Of a DNA stretch of 64,000 nucleotides, positions 35,650 through 46,199 are shown in pieces (within the stretch, counting starts at the first letter, position 1; the number at the start of each line of letters is the position of its first letter). The notes beneath the pieces were generated by a model. That model searched no databases. It was given only the letters and a program-made list of their open reading frames with translations, and was not told where the DNA came from. The DNA comes from Azolla caroliniana (Eukaryota > Plantae > Polypodiophyta), in assembly GCA_043228905.1 (NCBI GenBank), contig JBHGNT010000016.1, forward strand, positions 6,262,001 to 6,326,000, in the 5' to 3' direction. Position numbers and translations under genes: made by a program.

Positions 35650-37766
35650 TCTCGGTTTTCGGAACCGAGGGAGTCGCGGTTACGTTCGTGGTTCGGCCGT
35701 ACCGTCAGAAACTGGACCGAATGGCGCCCGTCTTGGCTTTTGACCCTCGCGTAGGCCGAACCGTTGTCCAGCACCTTGGTCTCCATCCGCGCCGCCGTGA
35801 TGTACAGCTCTCCCAGTATGACCGGATGCGAAGACGTCTCCTGCACGAAGAAGTGCTGGTCAATCTCGACGTCGCCGATCTTGACTCGCACATTCGGACA
35901 GGCCCCGTGCAGCTCCTCGGTGGCGCGCGTTGCCGCCCTTAGTTTCCACCCGTGCTTGGTGTTGATCGGCCATTTGCCCTTCTTATAGAAGTCCATGGAC
36001 ATCAAGTTGATCTCCGATCCGTGGTCCACCAAAGCTATCACCGGTTCCTGGACATCGCCGATCTTCACCGGGGTTTCCGTGGTCGCTCGGGCCCAGTGTG
36101 GTCTCGAATAGTGGCTTTCCGCCCACTCGTCTCCCAGCGCCATGTCGTCTAGGTGCGTCGTCCGCACTTCCACCGGTCTTTCCGGTTCTGTCTCTGTTGA
36201 CAGCCTCTTCCGTTTCACCAAGTCCACGATGGAGTCGTGGAACTCCTTCTTGGCGATTCCCAGCACCTCTCGTAACGACAGCTCCACCCTGATGTCGAGG
36301 ATCCGTTCCTCCAGGACCTTTCGTAAGTCCGTGGTCCTTTCTATCTCCGTCCCCAGACGGTACCCGCCCTTCTGGGGTTTATCTTTCGTACCGGCCCCGC
36401 CGGCTTCGTCCCGTCGTGGCCCGGACCGGTTCTCGTATCGTTGTGAGGGCCCGGTCGTCCCGGGTTTCCCCACCCGCTTCTCTTCTACCAGAGCCTCGTA
36501 GTTCTGGCAAGCGGCTTCCACGAAGCCCGTCCTCTCCTCGACCGGGTCGCTCCACCCGGTTATCTCCCGTACCCGTTTCTCCGCGCGGTCCGATTCCTCC
36601 CCTTTAAGCCTTGCACCGGCAAGGCCTCCCAGCATCGTCGGCCAGAATCCGGCTTTGCTTTCCCTTCGGGCCTCGCCGCCCCCGACTCGAATGCCGGCCG
36701 ACGCCGAGTAGTGGACGGTTTCCGCGTGTCGGGCCGCCGCCTCTTCCATCAACCTTTTCATACCGCCTCGCCCGTCGTTTCGGCTCAAGGCCCTTCGGGT
36801 GTCGCTGGCATGCACCCGCCCTTCCCACAGGTACACCACCCTGTCCCTTAGCGCCTCCGCGAAGTCGCCGCAGTCCTTCCGAATGTGGCCGACTTCATCG
36901 CACCACATGCACCTGTTTCCTGCCGCCGGCCGTCGGTCACGAGCCGGTTCGGCACCTTCCCTTCGGGCTTGCGCGATTTGGAGGTCCTTTACCGCCCTCG
37001 TCAATTCCTCCAGCGCCGCTCCTCCGGTTGAGCCTCTGACTACGCCGGTCGAAGCCGAACCGGTTTCCAACCACTCTCGGGTCTCTTCCTTTCGCACCTG
37101 TGGCGCTGGTTCGAACTTCCTTGCTGCGACCGAGCCCGACCCGGTTACCCCGTTATCCGCCCATTCTCGCCGTTTGTCGAAACGGCCACAGACCTTCTTG
37201 ACAGCCGCCCAGTCGGTAGTGAGCCCGTCTTCGGTTTCCAGCAAGAGGCCCACTTGCTCCCGATCCCGCTCGTCGACCGACTTGACAAACAGCAAGACCC
37301 GGCTCGTGTCCAGGATGGTTCGGTCGAGCGCCGAAAGGCGCGCAAAGTTTTCCTCGAACTCCCGGAGGAGTGCCGACGCGTTTCTTCCCTTCCCCGGGGA
37401 CTCCACCCATTCCATGAACCTTCGCTTCGAAAGCCGGAGCGCGTCATCCAGCCCGTATTTCTCTAGGAGCCGACCTTCGAACTCCTCCCAGGTACGGCTC
37501 TCCGCCCGCACCTCGAGCACCTCCGCATGGATGCTCGGCATTGCCACTCGGGGAAATCCGCCAAGACGCCTTTCTTCCGGAATGTCCCGCATCAACATTT
37601 CTGCACCGTAGGACGCCAGATACTTCGTGGCATCCCTCCCATCGAACCGGCCGATCGTGCCGACGACCGCCTCAATAGCTCTGTCGAGGGCACCGGTGCC
37701 CTCGCGCGCGTTTACAATCCGATCCACGGCCGAAGCCATGGCCTCTGCAAGATCCGACCCCCTCAT
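35640..37766 (-). CDS. gag: E4 Gag-protease polyprotein (first ATG at 37766; an in-frame GTG lies inside the PBS)
   Basis: Uninterrupted ORF; CX2CX4HX4C knuckle; ALVDHGSEINLM...VILGE aspartic protease. Confidence 0.95.
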   Translation of the reverse strand: MRGSDLAEAMASAVDRIVNAREGTGALDRAIEAVVGTIGRFDGRDATKYLASYGAEMLMRDIPEERRLGGFPRVAMPSIHAEVLEVRAESRTWEEFEGRLLEKYGLDDALRLSKRRFMEWVESPGKGRNASALLREFEENFARLSALDRTILDTSRVLLFVKSVDERDREQVGLLLETEDGLTTDWAAVKKVCGRFDKRREWADNGVTGSGSVAARKFEPAPQVRKEETREWLETGSASTGVVRGSTGGAALEELTRAVKDLQIAQARREGAEPARDRRPAAGNRCMWCDEVGHIRKDCGDFAEALRDRVVYLWEGRVHASDTRRALSRNDGRGGMKRLMEEAAARHAETVHYSASAGIRVGGGEARRESKAGFWPTMLGGLAGARLKGEESDRAEKRVREITGWSDPVEERTGFVEAACQNYEALVEEKRVGKPGTTGPSQRYENRSGPRRDEAGGAGTKDKPQKGGYRLGTEIERTTDLRKVLEERILDIRVELSLREVLGIAKKEFHDSIVDLVKRKRLSTETEPERPVEVRTTHLDDMALGDEWAESHYSRPHWARATTETPVKIGDVQEPVIALVDHGSEINLMSMDFYKKGKWPINTKHGWKLRAATRATEELHGACPNVRVKIGDVEIDQHFFVQETSSHPVILGELYITAARMETKVLDNGSAYARVKSQDGRHSVQFLTVRPNHERNRDSLGSENREDF

Positions 37767-37788
37767 CTTCTGCTCTTCTGCCGCCTCT

Positions 37789-37806
37789 TTCACGTCGGGT
37801 TCACCA
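37789..37806 (-). promoter_or_regulatory. Primer binding site complementary to tRNA-Trp(CCA)
   Basis: TGGTGAACCCGACGTGAA, 4 nt from the LTR; complementary to the plant cytosolic tRNA-Trp 3' end TTCACGTCGGGTTCACCA as recalled. Confidence 0.8.
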
Positions 37807-39259
37807 AAGATGTCTAGATATTACGCAAGTGCGTGTGGAAACGAGGCGGGACCGCGGGGGTCTCGAACCAAAGAGCAAGCGAGGGAGGATAAAGAGGGAG
37901 AACCGGCTACGCAGGACCGGGGTTTCACAGGGACACGGCCCTTCAGCACGGAGAACGCGAACGGACACCGACACAGACAGATGCGAATGACTAAATATGT
38001 ATATTAAAAAAAAAAATGGCTAGCACGACTACAACCCCCGGTGGGGCACAGGTTGGTTACAACCGAACAGGCCGGCGAACAGATGCCGATGCCTATTCGC
38101 TTCAACGCACAAAGGGGGGGTAGCAGGTCGGAGGTGCTGCCGGAAGCACTCGGGCGTTCCTCGAAACAGCGCGAGCCTCCTCGGAACCCTGCACAGAGAA
38201 GCGATGGAGCTCAAGAAGGAAGGAAACAGAGAGAGAAGCCTCCAGAAACGGTCCGACAGCACTTCCTCCTCTCTGCGCGATCCCCCCCTCAAACAGCTCT
38301 TTCCTGCTCCTTATATATCTCGACGAGCAGGCCGTCATGTCAGCTTTATCCCCTGTCCCTTTCGAACAGGGATCCGCTCCGTTCTTCACGCATACGCGTA
38401 GTTACGCCGCCGACTCGTGCTGTCCCTTAGCTCGCGCGCGCGACCGAAAAGACTGTTCGCGCGGTCTTTGTCTCCACTCGTGTTAGGGCCCGTTCCTGCC
38501 GATTACCCTCCTAACTCGCTTCTATGTTCGACTTGGAGCGTGCGGGCGTGAGGAACCGGTTCCCACGCCTCGGTCTGCCGATTCCGCTTATGGACGGTTT
38601 TCTTCACGACAGCGTGAAGAACCGGTTCCCACGCCTTGGTGCGCCGATTCCGCTTATGGACGGTTTTCTTCACGACAGCGCCGAGCGGGGTCTTGCGCAG
38701 GAGATGAGCTGAAGCAAACCCTAAGCGAACACAAAGGGGGAGAAGAAGAAGAAACTAACTCTAAACCTAACGGTATACCCTCTAATGCAAAATGGGCAAC
38801 CCTTTCACAAAGGGCATTCCCTTCCTTTTATAGAACAAGGACAGGGATGCGTTACAATGTGGGATAAACCCCCACTTACATGGGACCGTCTGTCCCGACT
38901 TGACTACTCTTCGGCGCCATAAAGGTGCCCTCGTTATTCACACTAAATGTACATGGGTGCTTACACACGCTGCACCCCGCCGATGTAGCCAATTTTTCCC
39001 GGTTTCCGCCTCTGGCCGAAATTCTTCACGACATCCGCCCCCACCTAACCGCACATCCACCGGTATGTGCCAAGTCCGGTTGAAGGGTGAGAGATTTCGG
39101 CTGGTGAGAAACCGGTCTTCCATGATCCGCATCCCGGCTCGCTACCGGTTTGACCCGTCGGCTTCGATTCTTCCTTCGCGCTTACCTCCCCGTAGGCTCG
39201 TTCGACCCGTCGATGGGTCCTCTATCACGATCTCCGTAGTACGCGTACTTCCGTTGGCC

Positions 39260-40170
39260 CTTGCTCGGCCGTATGAACGCCCCGCTCCCGTCGTATGCCC
39301 TTGTCGGCTCCTTCCGAAACCTCGTGTCGTCGGGTCCCGTTCCCTGCCACCACCAACCTTCTCTCTCGGTCTCATGTTGCCACATTGGCCGAACTGCCGG
39401 AGTCTCCGGATCGGTGTGAGGGTCCCATAGGACCGGACTCCGTTTCTATGCTTGCCGAAATTCAGGTGCCTTTTGTTTGAGTCCCTCCCGGACTCTCCTC
39501 GTGTCTTCCGCATAGCCAGGTCCCGTTTCCCGCCGCCACCTTCCTTCTCCCTCGGTCTTACGTTGCCACGTTGGCTGAACAACCGGGGTCTCCAGTTCGG
39601 TGTGGGGATCCCGTAGGACCGGACTTCCTTACGCCCTTCGGCCTTCGTCACCTCACCGCCACCGTCAGTATCTTGGTCTTACGTCAACCGTGTTGCCGAC
39701 TGCCGAAGTCTCTAGAACCGGTGTGAAGGATCCTCCGTAGACCGCCCACCCGTAGCCCCTTTGCCTTCGTCACCTCGCCGCCACCGTCAGTATCTTGGTC
39801 TTACGTCGACCGCGTTGCCGACTGCCGAAGTCTCTAGAACCGGTGTGAAGGATCCTCCGTGGGCCTCTGATTTGTCTTCTCGACCTTGTCCCGGGTCGTC
39901 CTTTTCCGCATGCCGAGAGGGTGTTTTGTTCCGCACCCTCTCCCGTGGTACCGACGTACCGTGTCCTCAGCCTCTTCGTAGGCCAGCTCTCTTCCTCCCT
40001 CCCGGAATGGTCATCCGGGAGTCCGCTCCGCCCGGTTCTCGCTCGGGTCCGTTCGTCATTCTCCGGATTGCCGAGTCCCGTTCTCCTGTCGCCACCGATC
40101 TCTCTTATAGGACTCACGCCGGCACTCGGGCCGGCAGCCGGATCGGTGTAAGGAACTCCATAGGACCGGC
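39260..40170 (-). repeat. E2 3' internal array of degenerate GC-rich units, including a near-exact 122-bp tandem pair
   Basis: CCTTCGTCACCTC(A/G)CCGCCACCGTCAGTATCTTGG at 39642 and 39764; same unit family as 4060-6200. Confidence 0.75.
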
Positions 40171-40268
40171 TTTCATTCTCCTTCCAACTCTCGACCTTCG
40201 CCCGGTCGGTCTTTCTCCCCATGTAAAAGAGGGCAACTCGTCCCGCACCCCCTTCCGTATCATCACTT

Positions 40269-41681
40269 TCACGCCGAATCCGGCCCCGATCGAACGATCC
40301 ACGACCGAATCACGTTCCACTCGTATCGGAATGCCGATCTCCTCGTGCCGCGTCCGTTCTCGGCCTCCTCACAAGCCATTTCCCATCCATCTTCGCTGGC
40401 ATCGTGCCAGGACTCCTCGGTATCGCCATCCATCTCCTCGGTCTTACATGGGCATACAGGCCCGAATGCCGAGTTCTCCGGAATCGGGTCCGTGGGCTTT
40501 CGTCCGTTCCTTCCCCGTATCCTCTCGTCGGTGATTCTTGGCCTTTCGCCGCCGCCTTCCTCCGCTTGGGACTCACGTGGGCACTCGGGCCCGACTGCCA
40601 TCGTCTCGGGAGCAAGTGTGGGAAGACACAAAGAATCGCCCGTCCGTTTTACGCCCTTGTCCATAGCCACCGACTCTTCGTGTTCGGCGGTCGTCTTCTT
40701 ACCGATCGCGCAAGCCCCGTCTGGGCTTGCTTCTCCAATGACCGGGATCTCGGGCTGACACGCCCGAAACCGCCGGTCCCAACGTTCCAGTTCCGCGATC
40801 TGTACCTCGGCCTCGTCCTTGGCCGTTCTATCTCCGCAAGTCGAGAGGGCGTTTCGTTCCGCACCCTCTCCCGTGGTACCGTCGTACCGATCTTCCGCCG
40901 TCGCGTGGGGCAAGTCCGTCTTCTCAATCTCGGCTTGTGGCCTCCGTCTTTCCTCTTCCTCGAGCATCGCCTTGAGAGCTGCGTACGCCTCCGCAATCCT
41001 GGCCCCAACGCCGACCCTTGCCGACTCTCTTTGTCGTTCGGCCTCTTTCCGCTGTGATGGCACGCTGTCGCGCCCCTTTCTCTTAGCCTTCTCGGCTCGC
41101 TCATCATCTAGCCGTTGGCACACCCTTCCGACCTTCGACCAGTCCTCCGTAAGCCCATTCGCTCCATCATCTTCTTCGAGCTCAATCCCGATGGCCTCTC
41201 GTTCCGCTCGGTCGATCGACCTGACGAACAATAGGACCTTGTCCGCCCCCACCAAACCTTGTTCCCGCTCCGGGAGCCGAGCAAGCCGCCGCTCGAACTC
41301 TCGAAACGCCTTGGCAGCGCCTCGGTGGGTCTTCGACGATGCTACCCACTGGTCGAAGTCGTGCCATCCCCAGCTCTTCCACCGTCCTCCATATGCCTTC
41401 AGGAGCACCTCTTCGAAGGCCTCCCACAAACTATGAGCCTCAAGGAGCTCCTTTATTTCCGCATGCATCCGGACAGCCACGACCCGACAGAAGAACTCCA
41501 GCCTTAATGCCTCGTCTACGCCACGCTCCTCCATTTCCGCGTTGTCCCCGTTGAAACGGCCGACTCTTTCGACCACTCGCTCAGCCACTTGTTGCGCTGC
41601 TTCTCGCCTCATCACCACTCGTGCCGACTCCAACACCACTTCAGTCACCATCTCCGCAAGGTCGTCGTCTTCCAACTCCAT
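40269..41681 (-). CDS. gag: E2 Gag-like protein (470 aa): N-half homologous to E4 Gag, unrelated charged C-half, no knuckle or protease
   Basis: VGRFNGDNA, FREFERRLARL, KVLLFVRSID, GLTEDWSKVGRVC align with E4 IGRFDGRDA, LREFEENFARL, RVLLFVKSVD, GLTTDWAAVKKVC. Confidence 0.75.
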   Translation of the reverse strand: MELEDDDLAEMVTEVVLESARVVMRREAAQQVAERVVERVGRFNGDNAEMEERGVDEALRLEFFCRVVAVRMHAEIKELLEAHSLWEAFEEVLLKAYGGRWKSWGWHDFDQWVASSKTHRGAAKAFREFERRLARLPEREQGLVGADKVLLFVRSIDRAEREAIGIELEEDDGANGLTEDWSKVGRVCQRLDDERAEKAKRKGRDSVPSQRKEAERQRESARVGVGARIAEAYAALKAMLEEEERRRPQAEIEKTDLPHATAEDRYDGTTGEGAERNALSTCGDRTAKDEAEVQIAELERWDRRFRACQPEIPVIGEASPDGACAIGKKTTAEHEESVAMDKGVKRTGDSLCLPTLAPETMAVGPECPRESQAEEGGGERPRITDERIRGRNGRKPTDPIPENSAFGPVCPCKTEEMDGDTEESWHDASEDGWEMACEEAENGRGTRRSAFRYEWNVIRSWIVRSGPDSA

Positions 41682-41845
41682 CCTCCCTTTCCGCCTTTCA
41701 TGTCGGGTTCATCAAAGATGTCGCGTTGTTACGCGCGTGCGTGGAGAAAGGCGGGACCATGGGGGTCTTGGACTAGGGAGTAATGGAGCGTAGGAAGTCG
41801 TGCTTCACCGTCTCCGGGGCATCCCAGAAGCACACCGGAAGCAAC

Positions 41846-41884
<39 letters not shown>

Positions 41885-42029
41885 TTTAACACCGACTCAC
41901 GCACACACACTCACACACACACACACACACACAGGCCAACCCGACTCACACCCTTAAGTACAGGAAATGCAGGAAGGGGGAAGCACCCGACACCAACGAA
42001 GACGCGAATATACACAGATAGACGCAAAC

Positions 42030-42065
<36 letters not shown>

Positions 42066-42512
42066 AAGAATACATTCCCGGCGTCGAGCCGACCCGAGGT
42101 AGGTTACAGTAGTCGTCAGCTGCCAAGCCGCCGGTCGGGGAGCTCACGGGCTCGTCGCGTCGAGCGGGGTCTTGCGCAGGAGATGAGTTGAAGCAAACCC
42201 TAAGCGAACACGAAGGGGGAGAAGAAGAAGAAACTAACTCTAAACCTAATGGTATACCCTCTAATGCAAAATGGGCAACCCTTTCACAAAGGGCGTTCCC
42301 TTCCTTTTATAGAACAAGGACAGGGATGCGTTACAATGTGGGATAAACCCCCACTTACATGGGACCGTCTGTCCCGACTTGACTACTCTTCAGCGCCATA
42401 AAGGCGCCCTCGTTATTCACACTAAATGTACATGGGTGCTTACACACGTTGCACCCCGCCGATGTAGCCAATTTTTCCCGGTTTCCGCCTCTGGCCGAAA
42501 TTCTTCACGACA

Positions 42513-45474
42513 CCGGTTCACCGACATAACGCTACGAGAGCTCAAGGTCGGTGGGGATGGCTTTCTACTGCCGGCGGAGGAGAACAGGTTTCGGAGAATG
42601 CTCGGAAGGCATGGGAAAGCCTTCGCGTTCTCGCCGGAGGTGATCGGGTGCGTGGACCTGACGATCGTCGAACCGATGGTGATCTTCACGGTATCGCATA
42701 TACCGTGGAATCTCAAACCGATTCCGGTGCCAAGAGCTCACATCCCGAAGTTGATGGAGCTTCTGAAGCAAAAGGTGGAGATGGGCATCCTCGAACCGTC
42801 GAGTGCCCCGTATTCGAATCGGTGGTTTACGGTGCCGAAGAAGAACGACACGTTGCGCTTCATTCAGGACCTGCAACCAGTCAACAAGGTGACCATCCGT
42901 AACACAGGAATCGAACCAACCATAGACGAGTTCGCGGAGGCCTTCGCTGGAAGGTCGATTTACTCTATCGGTGATCTGTACTCGAGGTACGATCAGTTCC
43001 AACTAGCCGTGGAGAGCAGAGACATTACGACAATGCGGACTCCTCTCGGCCTAGTGTGGATGTGTACCCTACCACAAGGAGGGACAAACTCGGTGGCTAA
43101 TATGGTGAACGCGATGAACAAAGTGCTCAGGGATTGTATCCCGGACATCACCATGCCATTCTTAGACGACATCCCGATCAGGGGATGCCCAGTGGAGGAA
43201 AAGGACGAGACAATGAGACCGGACGAATGTCGGAATTTCGTGGTGACTCGCATCGATGACTGCGAGAAGGTGCTGCAGAGACTAGAAGGCGCGAGGCTCA
43301 CCTTCTCCGGGGAAAAATTGGCCTTCAGGCAATCAGAGATCATGGTTGTCGGGCACCTATGCGGACCATACGGTCGGAAACCGTCTCCGGCCAAGGTGGA
43401 AGCCGTCTTCGCGATGAAGCATGACTGCAATTCGGTTACGGAGGTTCGGAGATTCTTGGGAGCATGCGCGTTCTACCATATCTGGATCCCGCATTACGCC
43501 CACGTCGCGGAGCCGCTGTATGGGTTGCTGAAGAAAGGGCGTAAATTCGAGGGGGGAGACGAGCATACGAAGTCAGTCCGAAAGATGAAGGAAGCACTTG
43601 CCACGGCACCGGCGCTCCGAAAGGCTGCCTACGGCAAAGACACTCCAATTTACGTAACCGTCGACACGAATCCGACCGGGATCGAATGGGTGATCAACCA
43701 AGAGGATGACGTTGGCACGAGGTTCCCCATGCGGTTCGGCGCAAAGGTCCTCAGTAAGCGAAAGCGAGGATACGCCCAGGTTAAACGCGAACTCTGGGGT
43801 ATTGTTTCGGCGGTGAAGGCCGATAAAGACTATTTTATCAGGACAGAGGCAATAATCAAGATGGACTACTTGCTGATTCTCGGCATGGTTTCCGGATGCG
43901 CGACGCCGGACCTAGCAATGCTCCGGTGGATAGCGTACATTAAGTCCTTGAACCCGGAGATATGGCACATCTCCGGAAAGGATAACGCCATGGCCAACAT
44001 GCTTCCGAGAGCGAGGTTCAACGACGAAGACGGCATAGTTTCGGATGACGAAGAAGTCGGCGAGGACTTCTTCAGGTCGGCTAACGTAACGACGAGGAAA
44101 AGGGACACTCTGGCGCTTAACGAATTTAAACGGGGAATGGCTCCAAATCGAGAGGTTCCTATGGACGATGACGCCAGACGCAACATGGACGAGAGAAGAG
44201 GCGAGCCGGGTACGGAAGAAGGCGTACCGATTCTTCCTGCGGGACTGGTGCATATGGAGGCACCCAAAGAAGAGAAACGGCATCCCGCTCCAAGTAGTGG
44301 CAAAGAAAGAAGAACATGAGGAACTACTGGCGGCATTTCACGAGAGTCCCTAGGCCGGGCACCGTGGAACATGGGCCACGTTCGAGAAACTGAAGGAGAA
44401 GTACTGGTGGCCGGGGTTGTACCAGGATGTGCATCGGTTCGTAACAACTTGTGAAAGTTGTCAGATGCACTCCGTACTCCGACATCGGGACGAGCTACAC
44501 CCGACTTACCTGCCTGCGGTCCATTTCAAGTGGATGGTGGACTTGGTGACGATGTCGATGTGAATAGGACAGATGCGATACCTGGTGCTTGCGCGGGAAG
44601 ACTTAACGAACCAGGTGGAAGGTCATGCACTGCAAAACAAGACAACCGCGGCGGTATGCCGGTTCCTGATCGAAGAGGTAGTGTGTCGGTACGGGTGCAT
44701 CAGGAGGATCGTGGCGGACCGAGGAGAGTTGGATGAGCGGGAAGCTGAGGAGTTGTTCGACCGGCTAGGCGTCAAACTCTCCCTCACTACGGAGTACAAT
44801 CCGGAGGCGAACGGGAAGGTAGAACGTGGGCACGGGCCGATAGTAAAGGCGTTGGTGCGTGCATGCAGAGGGCAGGTCGGGAATTGGCCGCGGCTCCTTC
44901 CTTACGCACTATGGGCGGACCGAACTACGCACAGTTCGGTGACCGGGTTCATGTCGGCAGAGCTTATGTACGGACAGAGGCCGATCATGCCAATGGAGCG
45001 AACCATCTCCTCATGGACCACGGTGGACTGGAGAGATGAGATGAGCCGGGAGAAGCTGCTAGCGGGACGGATTCGACAGCTTGAGCAAAGGCCGGAGGAT
45101 GTGGAACAAGCCACGGAGAAGCTTCGGTTGGCAAGGTTGAGGAACAAAGGGTGGTTTGACCGGACTCACCGGGTGTGACCGAAGAAAATCAAGGAAGGCG
45201 ATTGGGTCCTAGTGTATGACAGCAACCTCGCAACCAACACAAGGCAACTCGGAAGTTTGCAAGGAGGTGGTTCGGGCCTTACATGGTGACAGGCGCCAAC
45301 GAAAATGGGACCTACCATCTTGCGGAGCTCGACGGTGCGAGGATGGCAATACCGGTAGTAGGGAAGAGGGTCAAAGTGTTTAAGAAACGACACGAGTGCG
45401 AGCCGGATCTGGAAAGCATGGACGGCGACGACAGACGGTCCGAGGCGGATGACGATCCGGAAGACGAGGAGTAA
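42513..45474 (+). pseudogene. pol: E1 pol RT-RNaseH-integrase, frameshifted
   Basis: LPQGGTNS, PFLDDIPI, TVDTNPTGI, HHCC remnant, VADRGE, GKVERGHGPI, WFGPY. Confidence 0.9.
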
Positions 45475-46129
45475 AGCATGGACCGGTTTTCTCCACCAAG
45501 AGCCCAATTTTGGCGCATACGCGATTAGGTGGGCGCGGATGTCGTGAAGAAAACCGTCCCTAGGCGGAATCCGAGTTTAGCGTGTGTAAACTGGCTCTTA
45601 CACGCGAGCACACTTTTCGTTGTATGGTAAGTAGGTAGGTACAAGTCGGCTGAGGTGAAATCCTAGGTAGCACGCATTCAATAGGGAGAGAATCGAGGTG
45701 TATCTCTGTCCGAATGGACAGAGAATTAATGTGATGTAACGGATGATAACGGCCTCCCTCCTTGAGCTATAAAAGAGAAGGAGAGGAATGAAAAAGGGAT
45801 AGTGCGTAAGGGAGGAGGAAGTGTTGCAGGACTGGGTGTCGAGCTCTCTCTTCTCCTCCGATCGTCGGTCTCTATGGGGTCGGGAGTTCGCTGCCTCTGC
45901 TTCGTGGACAGCCCGTGTGCTTCCAGCAGAGGCTCTCCCCTTTTTTTTTTGTTTCTTTGAGTCGGGTGTGTTCTGTCGGTGTGCGTGAGTAGGATCCCCG
46001 TGTCGGGTCCATCGCCGCTTGCCGGTTGTAATCGTCAGAGTTTGCAATCTCTGAATATTGTAATCTATTGTTACTGTAATTAAGTGTGTCGTTGGTCTCT
46101 CTTTCCTTCTCCCTGTTGCGTGTCTGCAT

Positions 46130-46199
<70 letters not shown>

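Larger units (their letters stand above)
31289..38611 (-). mobile_element. E4: intact 7.3-kb autonomous Trp-primed Ty3/gypsy element inserted in the E3 5' LTR, TSD GCGT
   Basis: Two 801-bp LTRs (31289-32089, 37811-38611), about 7 substitutions by eye; intact PBS, PPT and both ORFs. Confidence 0.97.
24399..38677 (-). mobile_element. E3: decayed autonomous Trp-gypsy element inserted in the E2 3' LTR, TSD GCGC
   Basis: 3' LTR 24399-25202; 5' LTR 30546-31288 plus 38612-38677; PBS 30524-30541; PPT from 25203. Confidence 0.95.
23983..42512 (-). mobile_element. E2: non-autonomous gag-only LTR element inserted in E1 pol, TSD CCGG
   Basis: 5' LTR 41719-42512; 3' LTR 23983-24398 plus 38678-39033; PBS-like 41697-41714; PPT 39034-39050; 2.7-kb internal region without pol. 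Confidence 0.92.

Noticed and set aside
28047-37611. Long antisense ORFs over gag-pol (28047-28856, 28600-29766, 34934-35743, 36799-37611)
   Set aside because: Shadow ORFs of GC-rich coding sequence; sharing between E3 and E4 reflects near identity; no domains
42379-44319. 646-aa ORF as an intact gene
   Set aside because: Chance fusion of the antisense E2 LTR with interrupted E1 pol, with a TTG start and a frameshifted end
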